A DNA stretch of 64,000 nt from an uncultured bacterium (GCA_937949555.1 CALEDV010000023.1:12869-76868), one strand, 5' to 3'. Counted from the stretch's first letter, positions 20,990 to 30,039 are shown. Notes: generated by a model not told the origin, from the sequence alone. Numbers and translations: made by a program.

Positions 20990-21217
20990 ATGGTAAGGAA
21001 AACTATTTTAATAGATGATGATATGGTTCAGCAGTTAAATCTAATAGCAAAAAAAGAAGATAGGGATTTCTCCAGCAGTATAAGATATGCTCTGAGAATT
21101 GGGCTTATAGCCATTCAGAACCCTGAACTGACAGCAGAGGAAATTGAGGACATATTAGAGGCCAGGGCAGAACTTGAAACAGGCATGATTAAGGAGTTAA
21201 GCCTTGAAAATCTATGA
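20990..21217 (+). CDS. Ribbon-helix-helix (CopG-like) antitoxin
   Basis: 75 aa. N-terminal beta strand KTILIDDDMVQQL, helix SSSIRYALRIGL, acidic C-terminal tail. Overlaps the toxin gene by 14 nt. Confidence 0.65.
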   Translation: MVRKTILIDDDMVQQLNLIAKKEDRDFSSSIRYALRIGLIAIQNPELTAEEIEDILEARAELETGMIKELSLENL

Positions 21218-21461
21218 AACCCAGAAATTCAAGAGGCTGAGAGAAAAATTAAAAAACAACATTGAAAAAGAGGCATTAAAAAATGCTGTTGTAGAGGTTG
21301 CTAATAATCCTTTGACATGCAAAAAACTCAAAGGCGAACTTAAAGACATGAGATGTTATAAATACAACGTAGATGGTCAGGAAAGAAGACTTATCTTTAA
21401 GGTTGAAGGAGATGCCCTGTATTTTGTTTCTTTCGGGCCCCCTGAGGGGATTTATAAATAA
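21204..21461 (+). CDS. RelE/ParE-superfamily type II toxin
   Basis: 85 aa. KFKRL..KL......L..AV.EVANNPL.CKKLKGELKD.RCYKY...QERRLIFKVEGD.LYFVSFGP matches the RelE/ParE fold pattern. Confidence 0.65.
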   Translation: MKIYETQKFKRLREKLKNNIEKEALKNAVVEVANNPLTCKKLKGELKDMRCYKYNVDGQERRLIFKVEGDALYFVSFGPPEGIYK

Positions 21462-21496
21462 AGGCAAACAAAACATAGGGACACTTTCCATATTTA

Positions 21497-21586
21497 TTGA
21501 CAAGTTATAATGTTTCCGATAGCATAATACCCCTTTGGAGTTCCTACAGGCTTTATTATTCACCAAATATCTCTGTCCAGTTTTTG
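21497..21586 (+). repeat. 90-bp direct repeat, copy 2 (downstream of the TA cassette, upstream of rplT)
   Basis: See copy 1. This copy lies between 22-bp inverted repeats 21472-21493 and 21648-21669 (20/22 complementary). Confidence 0.9.
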
Positions 21587-21758
21587 GGGGGTATTGAAGC
21601 GTGAACTTTTTACCGAAGAAGGATATTTGTTCAGAGAAGAGGCAATAATATGGAAAGTGTTCCTGTGTTTTATGACAAGCTTTTCAAAATTATTGACTTG
21701 GAGGTTGTAAATTTATTATTCTACCCGTTCATTATTACACTTATATAGGAGGCTTTTT

Positions 21759-22115
21759 ATGCCGAGGGCAAAGGGTGGTTTTAAGACTAAGAGATACCAC
21801 AAGAAGGTATTAGATAGGGCAAAGGGTTATTACGGAGGCAGGAGTAAACTTTACAAGGTTGCTGCTGAGGCAGTAGATAAGGCGCTTTTAGCAAGTTATA
21901 AAGATAGAAAACTCAAGAAGAGAGAGTTCAGGGCCCTTTGGATCACGAGAATAAACGCAGCCGCAAGAACTTGCGGTTTGTCTTACAGTCAGTTAATCCA
22001 TGGACTAAACAAACTGAACATATCGCTCAATAGAAAGGCTCTTGCAGATATTGCCTATAATGATATGAACGCCTTTGAAGAGCTTGCCAAAAAGATAAAG
22101 ACAGCGACTGCATAA
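21759..22115 (+). CDS. rplT: 50S ribosomal protein L20
   Basis: 118 aa. [29 protein letters not shown]...LW I.RINAAAR. Confidence 0.95.
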   Translation: MPRAKGGFKTKRYHKKVLDRAKGYYGGRSKLYKVAAEAVDKALLASYKDRKLKKREFRALWITRINAAARTCGLSYSQLIHGLNKLNISLNRKALADIAYNDMNAFEELAKKIKTATA

Positions 22116-22147
22116 TAGTCCTTTGTAATCTCTAACATTACAGCTAA

Positions 22148-23155
22148 ATGAGCGATACCATCAAAGAGACTTTTTTCGAGGAGCTTCAATCAGTTGAGGG
22201 TCTTGCAACCTTAGAGAGTCTTAGGGTTAAATATCTCGGCAAAAAGGGTGTGATTACTGAGGCAGTGAAGAAACTATCCTCCCTCCCCATTGAACAGAGA
22301 CCACAGGCAGGCAAAGAACTCAACGAAACAAAACAGGCAATTGAAGAATCCCTTGGCAAGAAAGAAAAACATCTAAGGGACAAGCAGCTATCAGAAAGGC
22401 TTGCTAAGGAATATTTGGACATTACAGTCCCTGGCAGGTATATCCCAAGAGGTAGGTTACATCCTATTAACCAGGTGCTTGCAGAGATTAATCATATCTT
22501 TAGCAAAATGGGCTTTGATGTGGAGGAAGGGCCAGAGGTTGAGTTAGACTATTACAATTTTGAAGCCCTAAACATACCTAAGGAGCATCCAGCTCGAGAT
22601 ATGCAGGACACCTTCTATATTTCTGATGAAGTTGTCCTGAGGACCCAGACATCCCCGGTCCAGATAAGGGTAATGGAAAAGAAGGCTCCGCCTCTACGTT
22701 TCATATCTCCTGGCAAGGTCTATCGCTGTGATTCTGATGTAAGCCATACGCCTATGTTTCATCAGGTTGAGGGATTGATGGTTGATAAAAATATCTCCTT
22801 CAGCCACCTGAAAGGGATATTGGAGACCTTTCTGAAAGAGATGTATGGTTCTTCGGTAGAGGTCAGATTTAGACCAAGCTTTTTCCCCTTTACAGAGCCC
22901 TCAGCAGAGATTGATATAAGCTGTATAATGTGCGGCAGCAAGGGTTGCAGGGTTTGCAAAGAAACTGGCTGGTTAGAGGTTCTCGGCGCTGGTATGGTTC
23001 ATCCGAAGGTCTTTGAGAATGTAGGGTACAATCCTGAGGAATTTACTGGATTTGCCTTTGGTATGGGTGTAGAAAGGCTTACCATGCTAAGGTATTCTAT
23101 CACCGATATAAGATTGTTTTTCGATAACGACCTAAGATTTCTGAGGCAGTTTTAA
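22148..23155 (+). CDS. pheS: Phenylalanine--tRNA ligase alpha subunit
   Basis: 335 aa. HPARDMQDTFY, class II motifs FRPSFFPFTEPSAE and GAGMVHP...GFAFGMGVERL. Confidence 0.95.
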   Translation: MSDTIKETFFEELQSVEGLATLESLRVKYLGKKGVITEAVKKLSSLPIEQRPQAGKELNETKQAIEESLGKKEKHLRDKQLSERLAKEYLDITVPGRYIPRGRLHPINQVLAEINHIFSKMGFDVEEGPEVELDYYNFEALNIPKEHPARDMQDTFYISDEVVLRTQTSPVQIRVMEKKAPPLRFISPGKVYRCDSDVSHTPMFHQVEGLMVDKNISFSHLKGILETFLKEMYGSSVEVRFRPSFFPFTEPSAEIDISCIMCGSKGCRVCKETGWLEVLGAGMVHPKVFENVGYNPEEFTGFAFGMGVERLTMLRYSITDIRLFFDNDLRFLRQF

Positions 23156-25296
23156 TGAAGATAACCCTTAATTGGTTAAGAGAATATGTTGATTTCAACG
23201 ATGATGCAGAGGGACTTGCAGGGCATCTAACAATGTGTGGTCTTGAGGTAGAGTCTATTGAGCAGGCACAGGATGACATAGTGCTCGATATAAATGTGAC
23301 TCCTAATAGGCCTGACTGTCTCAGTATTTATGGTATTGCAAGAGAAGTTGGTACTATTTATGGCACTGCATTGTCTTTCCCTGAGCATGATTTTATGGCA
23401 GAAACTGGTGAGCTTGATTTCAATGTGGATATACTTGATTCTGAATTGTGCCATAGATACGCGGGCAGGATCATTAGAAATGTTAGGGTTGCCCCTTCCC
23501 CGGAATGGATGCAAAAACGATTGCTTAATTGCGGCATTAGGGCAATAAATAATGTGGTTGACATTACTAATTATGTGCTGCTTGAACTTGGACATCCTCT
23601 TCATGCCTTTGATCTCTCTAAGCTTTATGGAAAGAAGATAATTGTTGCGACCTCTGGCAGGGTTTCAAATAATAATAGTCCATTGAGAATAAATCTCCTT
23701 GATGGCACTGAGAGAGAATTGTCAGCAGATATGTTGTTGATTAATGATGCTGAAAGGCCTGTAGCCCTTGCAGGGATAATGGGAGGCTCTAATTCAGAAG
23801 TTACAATAGATACTAAGGATTTGTTCTTAGAGAGCGCATGGTTTGAGCCTGCATCTATTAGAAGAACCTCAAGTAGTTTAGGAATAAAGACCGAGTCATC
23901 CTTTAGATTTGAACGTGGTGCAGATATAAAACTGCTAAAGAAATCCCTTGACAGGGCTGCCTTTTTGATACATAAGATTGCCGGTGGCTCAATATGTGGT
24001 AAGATAGATATATATCCTAAAAGACACCATCCACCACAAATCAACCTTTCCTTTGAGAAAATAAATCGTTATATAGGAATGCCTATCCCTAAAAAAGAGG
24101 TATTGAAGATTGTCTCGGCTCTGGGTTTTCAGGTAGAGGCATTCACAGAGGGGATCTCTGTTAGACCGCCCTCAAGTCGTAGAGATATACTTCGTGATGT
24201 GGACATAATTGAGGAGATAGTCAGGATATATGGATACAACAGGGTGCCTTCAGTTGTTCCAGAGGCACCTATAAAGATAAACTCACAGGACTCCCAAGCA
24301 AAGCAACGAAGACTTCAACTCATAGATACCTGTCGTCAAGTATTGCTTTGTCAGGGTTATAATGAGGTAGTCAACTATAGTTTTATAGGTCCCTATGATA
24401 TTGATATGCTCAATATATCTAAGGAGGACAAGAGAAGAGACACTGTTGAGATCATAAATCCCTTGAGCCAAGAAGACTCGCTTATGCGAACTCTAATCCT
24501 GCCAAGTTTGATTAAGAATCTTGTTCACAACCTATCTTATGGCAATAGGGAAATCAGGATATTTGAAATAGCCAAGGTGTTTATAAAAGGCGCTGCTCAA
24601 CTTCCTGATGAACATAACCATTTAGCCATGCTGATGCTGCTTGATAAAGAAAAGAGTCTTTATAGGGATAATACGGAGGACTTTTTTGTGCTTAAGGGAG
24701 TTGTTGAGTCGCTCTTGGACCATGTTGGCGTAAAAAATGTTGATTTTGTGAGGTCCACAGAACCTTTTCTCCATCCTGGGAAATCGGCTGATATTGTTAT
24801 TAATGGATGCAACAAACAGGTCAATAATATAAACACTCTTGACGATGCTTTAGGTAAGATAGGTTTTATTGGGGTGCTGTCCCCTCAGGTTGTATCTAAA
24901 CTACCGGTGAAACTCCAAAGGCAAGAGGCGCTGACTGCAGAGATATCCATTGATGGGCTATTTTTTGCTTCAGCAGACAATAAGCCATCCTTTGCTCCCC
25001 TGCCTCAGTTTCCTTATATAGATAGAGACACCGCTGTAGTTGTGGATGAAGGACTTGAGGTCGGTAAATTTTTAGAGATACTCTACTGGGTTACGAAGAC
25101 TGAACCTTTAGTGGAGGATTGCCGTGTATTTGATCTTTATAAGGGCAAAGGTATTGCTGAAGGTAAAAAGAGCATTGCCTTTAATGTTAGGTACAGGTCT
25201 TCTGATAAAACTCTCTCTGACACCGAGATAGAGACTATCCACGAGCGACTTGTAAGGGAACTGCTTTTAAAGACTGGCGGGAGCCTTAGAACTTAA
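23155..25296 (+). CDS. pheT: Phenylalanine--tRNA ligase beta subunit (short form lacking the N-terminal OB/tRNA-binding insert)
   Basis: 713 aa. MKITLNWLREYV...TMCGLEVE then directly ...DINVTPNRPDCLS. B3/4, B5 and FDX-ACB-like C-terminus present. 1-nt overlap with pheS. Confidence 0.9.
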   Translation: MKITLNWLREYVDFNDDAEGLAGHLTMCGLEVESIEQAQDDIVLDINVTPNRPDCLSIYGIAREVGTIYGTALSFPEHDFMAETGELDFNVDILDSELCHRYAGRIIRNVRVAPSPEWMQKRLLNCGIRAINNVVDITNYVLLELGHPLHAFDLSKLYGKKIIVATSGRVSNNNSPLRINLLDGTERELSADMLLINDAERPVALAGIMGGSNSEVTIDTKDLFLESAWFEPASIRRTSSSLGIKTESSFRFERGADIKLLKKSLDRAAFLIHKIAGGSICGKIDIYPKRHHPPQINLSFEKINRYIGMPIPKKEVLKIVSALGFQVEAFTEGISVRPPSSRRDILRDVDIIEEIVRIYGYNRVPSVVPEAPIKINSQDSQAKQRRLQLIDTCRQVLLCQGYNEVVNYSFIGPYDIDMLNISKEDKRRDTVEIINPLSQEDSLMRTLILPSLIKNLVHNLSYGNREIRIFEIAKVFIKGAAQLPDEHNHLAMLMLLDKEKSLYRDNTEDFFVLKGVVESLLDHVGVKNVDFVRSTEPFLHPGKSADIVINGCNKQVNNINTLDDALGKIGFIGVLSPQVVSKLPVKLQRQEALTAEISIDGLFFASADNKPSFAPLPQFPYIDRDTAVVVDEGLEVGKFLEILYWVTKTEPLVEDCRVFDLYKGKGIAEGKKSIAFNVRYRSSDKTLSDTEIETIHERLVRELLLKTGGSLRT

Positions 25297-25347
25297 TAAA
25301 CTTCTCTCAATAAAACAGTGAGTTGATGTAAGGTGTGAAGATTCTGC

Positions 25348-25376
25348 TTGACAAAGGCATTAAAATAAGCTACGAT
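25348..25376 (+). promoter_or_regulatory. Sigma-70-type promoter of the candidate sRNA
   Basis: TTGACA (25348-25353), 17-nt spacer, TACGAT (25371-25376). Confidence 0.5.
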
Positions 25377-25382
25377 GTAATC

Positions 25383-25552
25383 AAAGATAGGCTTCATGGG
25401 CGGTTCCCTCGTCCTGATTTATCCTGATGTTATTGGGCTTAATGTCTCAGGCTGTAATGTCGTAGGAATTTAGTTCTTAGGATGTAAGGTCTTAGGATGT
25501 TAGTCTTAAAGACTCAAAGGGATAGAGAGGGCTAAGGGAAACCGCCTTTTTT
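25383..25552 (+). ncRNA. Candidate ~170-nt sRNA with multiple A(N)GGA motifs (CsrA/RsmA-sponge-like); family unknown
   Basis: No coding potential. Long-range closing stem GGGCGGTTCCCT (25398-25409) with AGGGAAACCGCC (25535-25546), followed by TTTTTT (25547-25552). AGGA/AGGGA at 25464, 25479, 25494, 25518, 25535. Degenerate ~15-nt tandem units (TCTTAGGATGT x2). Confidence 0.45.
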
Positions 25553-25582
25553 GCGTCCTTTATTGTTTCCTTTTTCAGAGGT

Positions 25583-26404
25583 TTATTTATCCTTCCATTG
25601 ATTAAGTCTATTTTCAATAAAATCTATAATCTTACGCTGTTCTTCAGAACCCCTGTCTTTTACAAAGATAGGCTCTCCAAAGGCGAAAAATACACCTTTG
25701 TTTATCTCTAACCTGCCAAAATCCCTAATAATTTTACCGTTATGCCAAGCATCAGTTTTAAGTGCAAAGGGAATAATTGGAACAGCACCGTTCTTTGCAA
25801 GTTTAACTCCGATGCTGTTAAACTCTGAGGGATTGAATCTTTCGGCTCTTGTGGTCTGAGGAAATACGACTATTGAGATCCCAGCGGAAAGTTTCTCCAG
25901 TCCTTCTTTCATCACCCTTTTAAAATCCTCTCTTGGGTTTGTCCTGGTAACTGTTATAGGGTTTGTAGCCCTCATAATATGTTTAAAGACTGGGTAATTT
26001 ACGAGGCTTTCCTTTACAATAAAGGTTACGGGCTTAATAGGATCAATCACTACAGGGAGCACAGCAGTTTCAAGGGCGCTCATATGATTACCAACAAATA
26101 CACAGGGCCCTTTCAGTGAACTGAAATGGTTTACGCCTGTTATCTCAAATACCATTCCTATTTTCTCAAGGGCCTGAAGTACTGTAAAGCTTGTTTTTGC
26201 CCAAGCTTTTTTGTCATAGGCACCCCTCTTTGCAATACCGCTATCAAAAAAAATTATAGAAAACAACTTAGGATAAAAAAAGCATTCTGGAAAGATCTTC
26301 AAAAGGGACACAGACTTCTTGGGATTTGTTCTATAAGTTCCTGATTCATCAAATTCTAAGGGACTGTCAATGTTCATAGATGTGATTATACCCTTATAGA
26401 GCAT
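25583..26404 (-). CDS. Lysophospholipid (1-acyl-sn-glycerol-3-phosphate) acyltransferase family protein
   Basis: 273 aa. VGNHMSALE (HX4D/E acyltransferase motif), VVFPQTTR block. Confidence 0.7.
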   Translation of the reverse strand: MLYKGIITSMNIDSPLEFDESGTYRTNPKKSVSLLKIFPECFFYPKLFSIIFFDSGIAKRGAYDKKAWAKTSFTVLQALEKIGMVFEITGVNHFSSLKGPCVFVGNHMSALETAVLPVVIDPIKPVTFIVKESLVNYPVFKHIMRATNPITVTRTNPREDFKRVMKEGLEKLSAGISIVVFPQTTRAERFNPSEFNSIGVKLAKNGAVPIIPFALKTDAWHNGKIIRDFGRLEINKGVFFAFGEPIFVKDRGSEEQRKIIDFIENRLNQWKDK

Positions 26405-26432
26405 AAGAATGCTATAATCTTAATCTTAAATT

Positions 26433-27698
26433 ATGAACACCAGCGTAAGATATCATGATAGCCTTTATGAGCAGCTTAAGACCCTCAGGGATTTTACGGC
26501 AATAATCAACTCCACCCTTGATTTAGACGATCTCATGAATATAGTTATGGAAAAGGCTAAGACAGAGCTTCAGGCTGAGGCATGTTCAATACTCTTTTAC
26601 AATGAGAGAACAAAAAAACTTGAGTTTGAGGTTGCTATTTGCAACAATCCCGATACCTGCGAGACTTTGAAGGAGAAGATATATATCGATCTCGGGCAGG
26701 GTATAGCAGGCTGGACTGCCCTTCACCAGCAGCCTCTTTACATAGAAGATGTCAACAAGGATGAAAGGTTCTTCAGCGGCGCCGATAAGACCACAGGTTT
26801 TGTCACAAAGAGCATCATATCAATGCCTTTAATAGGCAGAAGAGGGCTTATAGGCGTAGCAGAGATTATCAATCCTGCCCGCAAGGATTATGACAAGGAG
26901 ATATTTGGAGCCCTATGCAAACAGTTTGCCATAGCCATAGAGAATGCCCTTCTATTTAAAGAGTCCATTGAAAGGGAAAGGATTAGACAGGAGTTGGATA
27001 TTGCTGCATCAATCCAAAAGAGCTTCTTACCGGAGGAACCTTTGCTGCGTAGGGGAGACTATACAGTGAGGGCTATAAATATACCTGCCTATGCTATAGG
27101 AGGAGATATATACGATTTTGTTGATTTGACTAACGATAGGGTAGGGGTGCTTATTGGCGATATATCTGGCAAGGGGATCTCTGCGGCGCTTTATATGGCG
27201 AAGGTTATAAGTGATTTTAGGCATGTGAGCGTAAAGCAAGACTCTGTCTCTGGCACTATTAATCTTATGAATACCCTGATTTCAAGGGCGCCCAGAGGGA
27301 TGTTTCTTACCGCTATATATTTGATTTTTCACTACTACAGCGGTTCTATAGAATATATTAATGCAGGGCACCTTCCTATTATAAAGGTATCTCAATCAGG
27401 GGAGATTAAAATCATTGAGGCTGTTTCTGGTCCACCTCTTGGCATATTGATTGAGGATTACACCCCCTTTGAACTGAGGCTTGAAAGGGGCGATAGGATT
27501 ATATTGCTCACTGATGGTGTGATGGATGCCAAAGACAAAAAGGGCAGCCCCTTTGGATTTCAGGATTTGGTATCCTTTATAAGACATAGGGCTTCCTCTA
27601 ACCGATTGATTGATATGCTGGCGCAGTATGCAAATGATCTTGCAGGGGGGCAACAGAGAGTTGACGATATTACAATCGTAGAGGTAAAGAGGCAATGA
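26433..27698 (+). CDS. GAF-domain PP2C (SpoIIE/RsbU-type) serine phosphatase
   Basis: 421 aa. N-terminal GAF (LDLDDLMNIVMEKA...GIAGW...), then AASIQKSFLPE, GGDIYDF, LIGDISGKGISAALYMA, LLTDGV.DA. Confidence 0.85.
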   Translation: MNTSVRYHDSLYEQLKTLRDFTAIINSTLDLDDLMNIVMEKAKTELQAEACSILFYNERTKKLEFEVAICNNPDTCETLKEKIYIDLGQGIAGWTALHQQPLYIEDVNKDERFFSGADKTTGFVTKSIISMPLIGRRGLIGVAEIINPARKDYDKEIFGALCKQFAIAIENALLFKESIERERIRQELDIAASIQKSFLPEEPLLRRGDYTVRAINIPAYAIGGDIYDFVDLTNDRVGVLIGDISGKGISAALYMAKVISDFRHVSVKQDSVSGTINLMNTLISRAPRGMFLTAIYLIFHYYSGSIEYINAGHLPIIKVSQSGEIKIIEAVSGPPLGILIEDYTPFELRLERGDRIILLTDGVMDAKDKKGSPFGFQDLVSFIRHRASSNRLIDMLAQYANDLAGGQQRVDDITIVEVKRQ

Positions 27699-28108
27699 AA
27701 AAACCCTTGATGCACAAGGCTGCAATAACTATATCCTCTCATCCAATGTATCTGAGTATTGTAAGAGTATTCCTTGAAAAACTACTAAAACTTATGGACC
27801 TGCCTACATATATGGTTGAGGATCTAAAGAGCGCTGTTGATGAAGCCTGTTCAAATGTAATAAAGTATGCTTATAAAAACGACTATGAAAGGACCATAAA
27901 GGTATCCTTTGAGTGTACCAGCGATAAGGTAGAAGTGGTCATAGAGGACAGGGGTGAAAAACCTGCTGATACGGAGTTTCAAGGAAGGGATCTTAGGGAT
28001 TTAAAACCAGGAGGGTTAGGTATGCACTTTATCAGGAAGGCCTTTGATGAGATAAGATTTAGACGAATAAGGGGGATAAATAAACTTACCCTGATGAGGC
28101 GTTTGTAA
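27695..28108 (+). CDS. RsbW/SpoIIAB-like anti-sigma-type serine kinase (HATPase_c)
   Basis: 137 aa. N-box EACSNVIKYAY, DRGEK, GGLGMHFIRKAFDE. 4-nt overlap with the phosphatase gene. Confidence 0.8.
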   Translation: MKKPLMHKAAITISSHPMYLSIVRVFLEKLLKLMDLPTYMVEDLKSAVDEACSNVIKYAYKNDYERTIKVSFECTSDKVEVVIEDRGEKPADTEFQGRDLRDLKPGGLGMHFIRKAFDEIRFRRIRGINKLTLMRRL

Positions 28109-28109
28109 A

Positions 28110-28439
28110 ATGGATATTAACATTGAAGATGTAGGAAAAGGCAAGAAGGTGTCCCTTTCGGGCGAGATTGATATGCACACATCACCTGAACTTAGGAAGG
28201 CACTGTTAAAACTCACTAAGGAGAAGATATCCCCAATTATCATAGACCTTAAAAACGTAAGCTACATGGACAGTTCAGCAATAGCCACCTTTGTAGAGGC
28301 TCTAAAATCAATGATGTCCTATAAGGGCTCTATGAGGCTTTGCAATCTATCACCTCGGGTGCAGGAGATCTTTGCCTTTGCCAAACTTGATAGGGTCTTT
28401 ACAATCTGCAAAGACATAGAAGATGCCCTATCTCGTTGA
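28110..28439 (+). CDS. STAS-domain protein (RsbV/SpoIIAA-like anti-anti-sigma; candidate MlaB equivalent)
   Basis: 109 aa. IIIDLKNVSYMDSSAIATFVEAL with Ser55 at the canonical phospho-site. Starts 1 nt after the kinase stop. mlaE starts 17 nt before its stop. Confidence 0.8.
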   Translation: MDINIEDVGKGKKVSLSGEIDMHTSPELRKALLKLTKEKISPIIIDLKNVSYMDSSAIATFVEALKSMMSYKGSMRLCNLSPRVQEIFAFAKLDRVFTICKDIEDALSR

Positions 28440-29229
28440 CAGTTTGATCGCACTTATAGGTAAAAAGACTCTCTCTCTGCTTGCTGTTTTAAGGGATGTA
28501 TCAATTCTAATTAACAGTGTATTCTACTGGACCTTTATAGCCCCCTTTACTACCGGCAAATTAAGAATTAAGTCAACGGTATCAGAAATGGTTAAGGTGG
28601 GCTATAATTCTATACCTATTGTTGCAGTAATTTCTTTCTTTGTGGGAATTATATTAGCTCTTCAGTCTGCCTATCAGCTTAAAAAGGTTGGAGCATTAAT
28701 ATATATAGCAAATCTTGTGGGTGTGTCTCTTACAAGGGAATTAGGACCTATTTTAACTGCCATTATAGTTGCAGGTAGAAGTGGTTCTGCCTTTGCAGCA
28801 GAGATAGGTTCTATGAAGGCTGCTGAGGAAGTAGATGCCCTGAAGAGCATGGGAATTAATCCAGTGAGCTTTCTGGTTTCTCCAAAGATGCTGGCAATGC
28901 TTATTATGGTGCCCTGTTTAACGGTAATCTCAGATTTTGTTGGTATCCTTGGTGGTTTTGTACTCTCTGTAACAGTGGTCAATATACACCCACAGAGTTA
29001 TATTCAGCAGACCATCAATGCACTGATGGTAAAGGATGTGATCACAGGATTAGTTAAAGCCGTTGCCTTTGGAGGAATTATTACTATTGTTGGCGCTTAT
29101 CAGGGCTTTCAGGTCAGTGGTGGCGCAGAAGAGGTAGGTATGAGAACTACTGCATCGGTAGTATCATCAATCTTCATGGTAATACTGTTTGATCTGTTCT
29201 TTACGGTACTGTTTTATTACTTTACCTAA
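28423..29229 (+). CDS. mlaE: MlaE-family ABC permease
   Basis: 268 aa. SIPIV....FVG.ILALQ, LTRELGPILTAIIVAGRSGSAFAAEIGSMK..EE.DAL..MGI.P (MlaE/Ttg2B signature). Confidence 0.88.
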   Translation: MPYLVDSLIALIGKKTLSLLAVLRDVSILINSVFYWTFIAPFTTGKLRIKSTVSEMVKVGYNSIPIVAVISFFVGIILALQSAYQLKKVGALIYIANLVGVSLTRELGPILTAIIVAGRSGSAFAAEIGSMKAAEEVDALKSMGINPVSFLVSPKMLAMLIMVPCLTVISDFVGILGGFVLSVTVVNIHPQSYIQQTINALMVKDVITGLVKAVAFGGIITIVGAYQGFQVSGGAEEVGMRTTASVVSSIFMVILFDLFFTVLFYYFT

Positions 29230-29231
29230 AT

Positions 29232-30023
29232 ATGCAAAACGAAAGCGCTATTACTATAAAAAATCTTATTACAAGATATGGTGATAAATTAATCTTAAAG
29301 GACCTCTCCTTTGAGATACCAAGGTCAAAGATAACTGCTATTGTTGGGGGAAGCGGATGCGGTAAAAGCACCCTACTTAAGCATATTATAGGTCTTCTAA
29401 AGCCAGCCTCTGGCAGTATATTAGTTGGCGGCAGAGATATAGTTGCAATGAATGAAAGGGAGTTGAATGAATTTAGAAGGCGCATAGGCGTGCTTTTTCA
29501 AGGATCAGCGCTGTTAAATTCTATGACTATAGAGGACAATGTGGCGCTACCTATCAGGGAACATGCAAGATTGAATGAGGCAACCATTAAAATAATGGTG
29601 AAGATGAAGCTTGACCTTGTTGGACTCTCAGGCTTTGATGATTTCTTCCCAGCTCAACTTTCTGGAGGCATGAAAAAAAGGGCTGGCATTGCAAGGGCAA
29701 TGGCGCTCGATCCCGAGATGCTTTTTTTTGACGAGCCACAGGCAGGGCTTGATCCTATTACAGCCGCTGGCTTAGACGAACTGATAATGAAGTTAAGAGA
29801 TATTTTTAAAATGACCCTTGTAGTAGTCACCCATGAACTGCACAGCCTTTTTACTATAGCGGATCATATAATAATGCTTGATAAGGGTGAATTGATCTTT
29901 ACGGGCACAGTAGAACAATTTAAGTTCTCTGAACATCCTAAGATAAAGAGGTTTATTTCAAGACAGGTTGAAGAAGATAAATACTGTCCAGAGGATTATT
30001 TTAATATAATAACTGCAGATTAA
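29232..30023 (+). CDS. mlaF: MlaF-family ABC ATP-binding protein
   Basis: 263 aa. GGSGCGKST Walker A, LSGGMKKRAGIARA signature, LFFDEP Walker B, VTHEL. Confidence 0.88.
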   Translation: MQNESAITIKNLITRYGDKLILKDLSFEIPRSKITAIVGGSGCGKSTLLKHIIGLLKPASGSILVGGRDIVAMNERELNEFRRRIGVLFQGSALLNSMTIEDNVALPIREHARLNEATIKIMVKMKLDLVGLSGFDDFFPAQLSGGMKKRAGIARAMALDPEMLFFDEPQAGLDPITAAGLDELIMKLRDIFKMTLVVVTHELHSLFTIADHIIMLDKGELIFTGTVEQFKFSEHPKIKRFISRQVEEDKYCPEDYFNIITAD

Positions 30024-30039
30024 CTTAGGAGACAAAGGC

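Noticed and set aside
21650-21748. 32-codon ORF upstream of rplT as a candidate rpmI (L35)
   Set aside because: The translation ([32 protein letters not shown]) has none of the Lys/Arg-rich L35 signature and is half the expected length.
25440-25515. Degenerate ~15-nt tandem units considered as a mini CRISPR or tandem-repeat array
   Set aside because: The units are far too short and degenerate, have no spacers, and no cas genes are in the window. They are better explained as repeated GGA-bearing modules of a structured RNA.
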